Source: Paracoccaceae bacterium | GTDB taxonomy: Bacteria > Pseudomonadota > Alphaproteobacteria > Rhodobacterales > Rhodobacteraceae | Length of the DNA stretch: 64,000 bases | Direction: 5' to 3' | Assembly (NCBI GenBank): GCA_021741245.1 | Contig: JAIOYF010000004.1 | Span: 350,990 to 414,989 of the forward strand | Part shown: piece after piece, positions 57,811-64,000 of the stretch | How the letters are laid out: the number at the start of each line of letters is the position of its first letter | Numbering within the stretch: the first letter of the stretch is position 1 | Position numbers and translations under genes: made by a program | Notes under the pieces: model-generated | Told to the model about the DNA's origin: nothing | Seen by the model: the letters and a program-made list of their open reading frames with translations, nothing else | Database searches by the model: none

Positions 57811-58005
57811 ATGAATTCCAACACTGCAACTGTTCTGCGTCAAGAAACCATCGCACTCGTTTCCAAAGAAGCCGATATGCTGTCGGGTTCCGAGACGGTC
57901 ATGATGACCAGCGTCGCTTTGGACGCGATCGCTCAGCGTAGCGGTGCTGCCGACATGATCTGTGGCGCGAACGCGTTCATGATGACAAGCGTCGCTGACC
58001 TGTAA
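57811..58005 (+). CDS. 64-aa peptide with a duplicated 19-residue module (candidate precursor or scaffold peptide)
   Basis: GGAGG (57801-57805) sits 5 nt before the ATG. The product is MNSNTATVLRQETIALVSKEADMLSGSETVMMTSVALDAIAQRSGAADMICGANAFMMTSVADL. A 20-nt DNA repeat tcatgatgacNagcgtcgct occurs at 57899-57918 and 57977-57996. Confidence 0.6.
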   Translation: MNSNTATVLRQETIALVSKEADMLSGSETVMMTSVALDAIAQRSGAADMICGANAFMMTSVADL

Positions 58006-58012
58006 GCCTTTC

Positions 58013-58051
58013 GGGGACGGTCTTGCATCTTGTCGATGCAATGCCGTCCCC
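58013..58051 (+). promoter_or_regulatory. Strong intercistronic stem-loop after the peptide gene
   Basis: GGGGACGG tc TTGCATC ttgtc GATGCAA tg CCGTCCCC, i.e. 8+7 bp with a 2x2 internal loop. It begins 8 nt after the stop and has no U-tract. Confidence 0.6.
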
Positions 58052-58070
58052 AAAACATCAGAGGCAAGTG

Positions 58071-59138
58071 ATGTCCAATGTCGTATCCTTGCGGCGCGCT
58101 GAGCCTTGCAGTTCAGTGCCTGCGCACAATGAATTGATTGATCTTTTTGCCAATCGTCGTCGGGGACGGCGTGACGCTTACTGGTTGAAAGAGAATGCCG
58201 AACTCTTGCAGGTGCTTTTGGCAAGCAGGGGTTCGATGACCGAAGAACTGGATCTGTCGCCCTATGCGGGATTTATCGCATCAATGGTCGAAGATTTGCA
58301 GTTTTTCCCACAGTATTATCGGCTTTTCCTGTCAATGGCCCTTGATCTGGCAGCCCTTGGGATGCCACAGGTTCCCGTGGTAGAAATTGCAAAGTTCATT
58401 GTCGATCAGGATCTAACCGAGATTGAGCTTTCCGACAGCCACCGTGCCGAGGCGCGCTTGCTTCTGTCACGGGCGGGTCATGTTTTGCCCGGGGATGAGG
58501 AACTGGCGTTGAGGTTGGCGTCATTCGCGCGCAAAAGCGCGCTCTTTTGCCTTCCCAATCGCCAACTCGCCTATGCGCTGACGCATACCGTGTTTCACGC
58601 CTCGGATTATGGGCGCAATGCTATGTCACCTTGCGCTGATCGCAGGCTCGCGCTGATGAATGTCGGGATTGTCGCTTGGTTGGAGGACAATCTGGATCTT
58701 TTGTCCGAAGTGGTGGTCGCGCTGCGCCTTTCGGGCGAGCATGTTCCAGACGTGTGGCGTCAGGCTATCGCGCAGGCGGTGCAATCGCTTGCGGCGGAAA
58801 CCGGGCCCGAACTGGGACCATTCGATGATGCCTATCACGAATATCTGGTCCTGAATTGGGCGCATGCGATGAGCGGCGGTTCTGTCTTTGCGGCCCCTAT
58901 GGCCTCTGGTGCGCGGTATTTCCGCCGTACCAAAGGGGCTGATGCTGCCCTGCGGGATCTGTCGATCTGTTTGCTAAACATGGGGGATGGCCGCAGTCAG
59001 GATTGGGCGCGCATGCGCTGGCGCATCTGGCCAAAGCTATCAATACCGGTTCGGGCAAGGATCGAGGCAATCGAAACGCTCCCCGAATTCACCCAATTTT
59101 TCAATGGCTTTGCTCGGGTAGCACAGGTGAACACATGA
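58071..59138 (+). CDS. Hypothetical 355-aa protein, predicted helical, no family recognised
   Basis: ORF 58023..59138. The ATG at 58071 has GAGG 7 nt upstream, whereas the TTG at 58023 lies inside the hairpin. His-containing motifs: LTHTVFHASDYG and DDAYHEYLVLNWAH. Confidence 0.7.
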   Translation: MSNVVSLRRAEPCSSVPAHNELIDLFANRRRGRRDAYWLKENAELLQVLLASRGSMTEELDLSPYAGFIASMVEDLQFFPQYYRLFLSMALDLAALGMPQVPVVEIAKFIVDQDLTEIELSDSHRAEARLLLSRAGHVLPGDEELALRLASFARKSALFCLPNRQLAYALTHTVFHASDYGRNAMSPCADRRLALMNVGIVAWLEDNLDLLSEVVVALRLSGEHVPDVWRQAIAQAVQSLAAETGPELGPFDDAYHEYLVLNWAHAMSGGSVFAAPMASGARYFRRTKGADAALRDLSICLLNMGDGRSQDWARMRWRIWPKLSIPVRARIEAIETLPEFTQFFNGFARVAQVNT

Positions 59139-60067
59139 TGCGACGACTGGAAAACCCATTGGTCGCCGGCGTTTTGCTTTTATGCCTGTCGACGCTTGCC
59201 GGAACTTTGGCGGACGGAACCGTCAAGAAACTTTCGATAGAGATTGAGGCGCCACAGGTTTTCTTTCTGTCGGGCCTGATCATGGCAGGGTTAAGCTATC
59301 TGTCGGCGACGGCACGCTCCAAAATGGGGGCACGCCGAACAAGTTGTTTGCGCACATCCGAGCCGTTGTTGCTGTTTTGGCGTTGTGTGGCCACCGTGGC
59401 GGCCTCGCTCGGCTTTTTCTATGCCGTGGCGCTGATCCCATTGGCCGAGATCTTTCTGTTCGTCGGGATGATGCCGCTGATGTCAGCGCTGTTGTCGCGG
59501 GCGATGTTGCGCGAAACGGTCCATGCTGGCGATTGGTTTGGTCTGGCGATTGGGATGATTGGGGTTGCGATGCTGTTTCCCCATGGATTTTCGGGCCTTA
59601 CCCTAGGCCATCTTGCGGGGTTTGCTGGTGCGCTGTCGGGAACCGTTTCTCTGGTCCTGTCACGCATGATCGCACGACGTGAAATCAATGCGCTGGTGCA
59701 GGTTTTTTACCCCAATCTGGCATTGGCGATTGTGGCGATGATCTTGTTGCCTTCGGTCTGGCGGCCGATGGGTTTGTTGGTCACAGGGCAAATCATGCTC
59801 TATTCCGGGCTGCTGTTCTTGGCGCGTTGGTCGATGGTTTTGGTGATGCAGCGCCTGCGCGCGCCAGTTGCCCTGCCGCTGATGAATGTGCAATTCGTCT
59901 GGATGGTGGCTGTGGGGCTTTTGTTCTTTGGCGAGGTGCCGGCCATCGCCACGCTTCTCGGGGCTGGTCTTGTGATGGTCGCGGGTGTGGTTGCCCTTGG
60001 TGAACAGGCCCGGCTTGACCGGATCGCCGCCGCGCGCGCGCCGCGCGATGTGGTTGCCGCCGAATAG
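59135..60067 (+). CDS. DMT superfamily (EamA-like) transporter
   Basis: ~10 hydrophobic segments over ~310 aa. Its ATG overlaps the upstream stop (ATGA). Confidence 0.75.
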   Translation: MMRRLENPLVAGVLLLCLSTLAGTLADGTVKKLSIEIEAPQVFFLSGLIMAGLSYLSATARSKMGARRTSCLRTSEPLLLFWRCVATVAASLGFFYAVALIPLAEIFLFVGMMPLMSALLSRAMLRETVHAGDWFGLAIGMIGVAMLFPHGFSGLTLGHLAGFAGALSGTVSLVLSRMIARREINALVQVFYPNLALAIVAMILLPSVWRPMGLLVTGQIMLYSGLLFLARWSMVLVMQRLRAPVALPLMNVQFVWMVAVGLLFFGEVPAIATLLGAGLVMVAGVVALGEQARLDRIAAARAPRDVVAAE

Positions 60068-60103
60068 CGTCACTCCATCTGAAAGCGACACTCCACGGCA
60101 GGT

Positions 60104-60134
60104 GCCCCTCTGACAATTCTCAGGGGGGCCTTTT
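60104..60134 (+). terminator. Rho-independent terminator after the DMT gene
   Basis: Stem GCCCCTCTGA / TCAGGGGGGC (one G-U pair), loop CAATTC, followed by CCTTTT. Confidence 0.6.
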
Positions 60135-60137
60135 CGC

Positions 60138-60470
60138 TTACATCGAAAATGAGGTGCCACAGCCACAGCTGCTAGAGGCATTCGGGTTTTGAATAACAAA
60201 ACGCGCACCAATCAGCTCTTCCGTAAAGTCGATCACCGCATTTTGCAAAAACGGCAGTGAGACCTGATCGACCAGAACCTTTTGGCCGTCTTTTTCCAGC
60301 ACCAGATCGTCGCCCACCGGGTCATCAAGCCGAATGTCATATTGAAAGCCCGAGCATCCGCCGCCATCAACCGCGACACGCAGGGCCTTTTGCTGGCCCG
60401 TTGCCTCGGCGATTTCGGCCAGCCGGGCAAAGGCACGGTCGGTCACGCGGGGGGGCAGAGTAAGTTCCAT
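60138..60470 (-). CDS. erpA: Iron-sulfur cluster insertion protein (HesB/IscA family, ErpA-like)
   Basis: GGCSGFQY and C-terminal CGCGTSFSM motifs. The ATG at 60470 gives 110 aa. Confidence 0.85.
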   Translation of the reverse strand: MELTLPPRVTDRAFARLAEIAEATGQQKALRVAVDGGGCSGFQYDIRLDDPVGDDLVLEKDGQKVLVDQVSLPFLQNAVIDFTEELIGARFVIQNPNASSSCGCGTSFSM

Positions 60471-60601
60471 GGTGCGCATCCTGTAAAAGGGACCTGTGGA
60501 GTAGATATAGGCCTCGAACGGGGGTGTCGCAAGGCGATGCATGCCCTAAAGCATTTGCCGCAAGACTCTGTTCGCCTCCGGTTTATCGGCCTATAGTCAA
60601 C

Positions 60602-61831
60602 ATGAAACAATTGACCGGATCCGCAATGCTTGCGCCCTTTGCCTGCCAACCCACCGCCTCACACGGGCGACTTCACCAAGAACGGATGTCATCCTTTCGG
60701 TCTCCCTTTCAGCGTGATCGTGACCGGATCATCCATTCCAGCGCCTTTCGCAGACTGAAACACAAGACGCAGGTTTTTGTGGAGCATGAAGGGGATTACT
60801 ACCGCACCCGCCTGACCCATTCGATCGAGGTGGCACAGGTGGCGCGCACCATTGCGGGTGTGCTGGGGCTGAACACCGATCTGGCCGAGGCCATCGCGCT
60901 GGCACATGATCTGGGGCACACGCCCTTTGGCCATACGGGCGAGGATGCCATGGGCGCGCTGATGGCACCCTATGGCGGCTTTGATCACAACGCGCAGGCG
61001 CTGCGGATCGTAACGCGTCTGGAACGGCACTATGCCGATTTTGATGGCCTGAACCTGACATGGGAAAGTCTGGAAGGGATCGCCAAGCACAACGGCCCCG
61101 TCACCGGCCCCAATGCCGATGCAAAACACGCGGGCCCCTTGCCCTATGCGCTGGCCGAGGTGAATGCGGATTGGGATCTGGAACTGCACACCCATGCCTC
61201 GGCCGAGGCGCAGGTGGCGGCGATTGCGGACGATGTCGCCTATTCCCACCATGATCTGCATGATGGTTTGCGTTCGGGCCTGTTTTCGGAAGAAGATCTG
61301 ATGGACCTGCCGGTAACCGGCCCCGCCTTTGCCGAGGTGGATGCGTTTTATCCCGGTCTGGACAAGATGCGCCGCCGGCATGAGGCGCTGCGCCGGGTGT
61401 TTGGCCGAATGGTCGAGGATGTGATTGCGGTGGCGCAGGGACGACTTGATGCGGCGAAACCCCAATCGGTGGATGATATTCGCCACATGGGCACCACGAT
61501 CATCCGCTTTTCCAAGCCGCTTTACCAAGAGCTCAAGGCGATCCGCTCGTTCTTGTTTCACCGCATGTACCGCGCGCCCTCGGTGATGGCGGTGCGGGTC
61601 AAGGTCACGCAGGTGGTGCATGAGTTATTCACGGCATTTATCGCGGACCCATCGCTGTTGCCGCCCGAATGGCAAGAGGCTGTTCGCACGGCGCAAGATC
61701 AGACGGCATTGGCGCGCGTCATTGCCGATTATGTGGCAGGCATGACAGACCGGTTTGCCATTCAGGAACATGCGCGCCTGTGTGGCGGTGCCTTGATTGA
61801 AACCCACCAAGGACCAGCCTTCCCCACCTGA
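60602..61831 (+). CDS. Deoxyguanosinetriphosphate triphosphohydrolase-like HD-domain protein
   Basis: FQRDRDRIIHSSAFRRL, YRTRLTHSIEV and HDLGHTPFGH motifs. Confidence 0.85.
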   Translation: MKQLTGSAMLAPFACQPTASHGRLHQERMSSFRSPFQRDRDRIIHSSAFRRLKHKTQVFVEHEGDYYRTRLTHSIEVAQVARTIAGVLGLNTDLAEAIALAHDLGHTPFGHTGEDAMGALMAPYGGFDHNAQALRIVTRLERHYADFDGLNLTWESLEGIAKHNGPVTGPNADAKHAGPLPYALAEVNADWDLELHTHASAEAQVAAIADDVAYSHHDLHDGLRSGLFSEEDLMDLPVTGPAFAEVDAFYPGLDKMRRRHEALRRVFGRMVEDVIAVAQGRLDAAKPQSVDDIRHMGTTIIRFSKPLYQELKAIRSFLFHRMYRAPSVMAVRVKVTQVVHELFTAFIADPSLLPPEWQEAVRTAQDQTALARVIADYVAGMTDRFAIQEHARLCGGALIETHQGPAFPT

Positions 61832-61846
61832 GGGTGGGGGGGGCGA

Positions 61847-62314
61847 TCAAGCGGGTTTGCGGGCGGCCATCAACCAAAGGACGGCAAGGCCAAGCGATAC
61901 GATCACATTCCACCCCGCCATCGAGATCCCGAAAAGCGACCATGCAATTGCGTCGCAGCGGATGGGGGCGGCAATCGCGACGTTGGGGTTCAAGAGATCA
62001 CTGACGTTCAGCCCGGCAATCGAGTTGCCGCTGCACGAGGCCAGCCCCTCCCACCACATTTGTTCGACGCCAACGTGAAACATCCCCACGCCCGCTGTGG
62101 CCAAGGCGGCGAGAATGCCCAACACGGGCAAGATCCGGCCGGACAGCACCAATGCCGCAAGCATGATCACAATGGCCGCCGCATGGGGCCACCGCTGCCA
62201 CAGGCACAGTTGGCAGGGCGCAAGACCGCCAATATACTGAAAGCCAAACGCCCCCGCCAAAAGGGCCAAGGATCCAAGGCCTGCCGCGGCGACAAGTTGG
62301 TTACGGGTAAGCAT
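61847..62314 (-). CDS. dsbB: Disulfide bond formation protein B family
   Basis: 4-TM ORF with CQLC in the first periplasmic loop and a second Cys pair (SC...RC). Confidence 0.75.
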   Translation of the reverse strand: MLTRNQLVAAAGLGSLALLAGAFGFQYIGGLAPCQLCLWQRWPHAAAIVIMLAALVLSGRILPVLGILAALATAGVGMFHVGVEQMWWEGLASCSGNSIAGLNVSDLLNPNVAIAAPIRCDAIAWSLFGISMAGWNVIVSLGLAVLWLMAARKPA

Positions 62315-62934
62315 CAGATATACCTTATCAGGACAAAGCCAGCCAAGAGGGCGATGACAAACAGCGTGAACATAAGGCCTAGTCGGCGCTCAATGAAATC
62401 ACGAATGGGTGCCCCGAATTTCCACAGCAGCGCGGCCACGATAAAGAACCGCAAGCCCCGCGCCACAACCGAGGCCAAGGTAAAGACAACGATATCAAGC
62501 CCGGTTGATCCAGACAGGATCGTAATGACCTTATAGGGAAACGGGGTCACGCCCGCGATCAGCACGGCCCAAGCCCCCCATTCGTTATAGGTTTGGCGGA
62601 AGGTCTCAAAACTCCCGGTCTTGCCATAAAACTCCAGCACCGGCAGGCCGATCTGGTCGAAAAATGCAGCCCCGATCCAGTATCCCAACATACCCCCCAG
62701 AACAGAGGCAATTGTCGCGACACCCGCGATCACAAAGGCTTTGCGCGGGGCGGCAATGATCATGGGGATCATCAGGATATCGGGTGGAATCGGAAAGACG
62801 GAGCTTTCGATAAAAGCGACAAACGCAAGCAACCAAAGCGCACGGGGATGATGGGCTTGCCGGATCGTCCAGTCATAAAGGGTACGGATCATAAATGGCC
62901 TATCGGAACGCAGGATCTTTGCCGCTTGCATCAT
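62314..62934 (-). CDS. YqaA/DedA-related (VTT domain) membrane protein
   Basis: 206-aa polytopic ORF with the pattern FIESSVFPIPPD. Confidence 0.7.
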   Translation of the reverse strand: MMQAAKILRSDRPFMIRTLYDWTIRQAHHPRALWLLAFVAFIESSVFPIPPDILMIPMIIAAPRKAFVIAGVATIASVLGGMLGYWIGAAFFDQIGLPVLEFYGKTGSFETFRQTYNEWGAWAVLIAGVTPFPYKVITILSGSTGLDIVVFTLASVVARGLRFFIVAALLWKFGAPIRDFIERRLGLMFTLFVIALLAGFVLIRYI

Positions 62935-63025
62935 GACCGCAGGTCAAGGTCAAGAAGACTTCCCGTGGAGATGTGCTATGGTTAGGGTTGCGTAAGTCTT
63001 TGGTGAATAGCGTGAGGGTTTTGCG

Positions 63026-63877
63026 ATGGAATGGCGTGGTCGGCGGGGCAGCCGCAATATCGAAGATCGTCGCGGACAGGGCGGCAGCCGGGGTGCGGCT
63101 GCCGGAGGAATCGGGGGTGTCGGTCTGATCGCGGTCCTTTTGATTGGTTATTTCCTTGGCATTGACGTGACGCCTTTGCTGAACGATCCCGGTTCGACCA
63201 GTCCCACCCCCGCCGAATTGACCCAAGCAGATAAAGCCGCCGGGCAATTTGTCTCTGTCACCCTTGCCGATACCGAAGAGGTCTGGACCACAGTGTTTGA
63301 GCAGCAGTTGGGCCGCCGCTATGAACCGGCGACCTTGGTATTGTTCAAGTCAGCCACGCAAAGCCCTTGTGGTGGTGCCTCGGGGGCGACGGGGCCGTTT
63401 TACTGCCCGGCTGACAAGAAGGCCTATCTGGACACAGACTTTTTCGTGACGCTGGAAAAACGTCTGGGGGCCAAGGGCGATTTTGCCGCCGCCTATGTGG
63501 TGGCCCATGAAATCGGCCATCATGTGCAAAACGAGTTGGGGATTTTGGCAAAGGCCAATGCTGCCCGCCAACGCGCAAGTGAGGCCGATAGCAACGCCAT
63601 TTCGGTGCGGATCGAGCTTCAGGCCGATTGCCTGTCCGGGATCTGGGCGCGTGAGGCGGCGCGCACCTTTGGAAGTGTCGACAGGGGGGATCTGGAAGAG
63701 GCGGTCAACGCCGCCCGCAGAATCGGGGATGACACACTTCAATCCTCTGCCGGACAGCGCCCGATGCCACATACCTTTACCCACGGCACCTCAGAACAGC
63801 GCTCACGCTGGTTCTTGATCGGGCTGCAGTCGGGCAAACTGGCGCAATGCGACACTTTTTCTACAGACGACCTCTAA
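63026..63877 (+). CDS. ypfJ: YpfJ-type neutral zinc metallopeptidase
   Basis: N-terminal RGRRGSRNIEDRRG, a TM segment, and HEIGHHVQ (HExxH). Confidence 0.85.
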   Translation: MEWRGRRGSRNIEDRRGQGGSRGAAAGGIGGVGLIAVLLIGYFLGIDVTPLLNDPGSTSPTPAELTQADKAAGQFVSVTLADTEEVWTTVFEQQLGRRYEPATLVLFKSATQSPCGGASGATGPFYCPADKKAYLDTDFFVTLEKRLGAKGDFAAAYVVAHEIGHHVQNELGILAKANAARQRASEADSNAISVRIELQADCLSGIWAREAARTFGSVDRGDLEEAVNAARRIGDDTLQSSAGQRPMPHTFTHGTSEQRSRWFLIGLQSGKLAQCDTFSTDDL

Positions 63878-63894
63878 CCGATGCGCGCAAGATG

Positions 63895-63923
63895 TTGACG
63901 CGCCAATTTGCTGCGGATACATG
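63895..63923 (+). promoter_or_regulatory. Possible promoter for the tRNA-Leu gene
   Basis: TTGACG, a 17-nt spacer, then TACATG, ending 10 nt before the mature tRNA 5' end. The -10 element is weak. Confidence 0.25.
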
Positions 63924-63933
63924 AGGCTCAAGT

Positions 63934-64000
63934 GCCCGAGTGGTGGAATGGTAGACGCAGCGGATTCAAAATCCGCCGCCGCAAGGCTTGTCGGTTCGAG
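63934..64000 (+). tRNA. tRNA-Leu (anticodon CAA), truncated by the window end
   Basis: GCCCGAG acceptor, GUGGAAUGGUAGAC D-arm, anticodon stem-loop GCGGA-UUCAAAA-UCCGC, a long variable arm, and the start of the T-arm (CGGUUCGAG). Confidence 0.85.

Noticed and set aside
58023-58070. The upstream TTG start (58023) listed for the 371-aa ORF.
   Set aside because: It lies inside the 39-nt stem-loop and has no Shine-Dalgarno. The ATG at 58071 has GAGG at the proper distance.
63934-64000. tRNA-Leu at the window edge as an integration hotspot for a genomic island.
   Set aside because: No integrase, direct repeat of the tRNA 3' end, or phage/IS gene is visible within the window. The tRNA is truncated, so nothing downstream can be assessed.
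1-64000. Search for CRISPR arrays, IS elements/transposases, prophage genes, rRNA genes and classical defence systems.
   Set aside because: None was recognised. The only extensive repeats are the coding RTX nonapeptides, and the only nuclease-like accessory gene is the orphan PIN protein.

Overview
High-GC, densely coding chromosomal segment that looks alphaproteobacterial and Rhodobacteraceae-like. This is judged from gene content, for example a complete smoC-smoEFGK-smoS-mtlK polyol operon as described for Rhodobacter sphaeroides, a Cys-poor DksA and a Hint-domain RTX protein. About 60 protein genes are supported, plus one partial tRNA-Leu(CAA) at the right edge. I saw no rRNA, CRISPR array, transposase or integrase. 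Core content: SUF/DUF59, bpt, glnE, edd-eda, rlmI, dksA, xthA, erpA, a dGTPase-like gene and dsbB. Accessory or less understood content: (1) a 1597-aa RTX calcium-binding-repeat protein with a C-terminal Hint domain, a jelly-roll insertion and an N-terminal insertion that aligns without gaps to the hydroxyproline-binding beta domain of human pVHL. (2) A zincin / DUF2126-transglutaminase / circularly permuted ATP-grasp+alpha-E / transglutaminase cluster. (3) A MoxR-VWA array interrupted by a lipoprotein gene, an unlisted 56-aa membrane micro-ORF and a 565-bp non-coding gap. (4) A tctCBA operon extended by AtuA-like, DUF4387 and AbrB-type membrane genes, with divergent tctDE plus an orphan binding protein. 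(5) A GntR / ABC importer / Asp-Glu-hydantoin racemase locus. (6) The best candidate for something undescribed is a compact, AT-richer operon at 57.6-60.1 kb. It runs from an AT-rich upstream region through a GGAGG ribosome-binding site to a 64-aa peptide containing a duplicated 19-residue module ending in MMTSVA. A strong 39-nt intercistronic hairpin follows, then a 355-aa unrecognised helical protein, a translationally coupled DMT/EamA exporter and a terminator. All family names come from motif recognition by eye; no database search was run.
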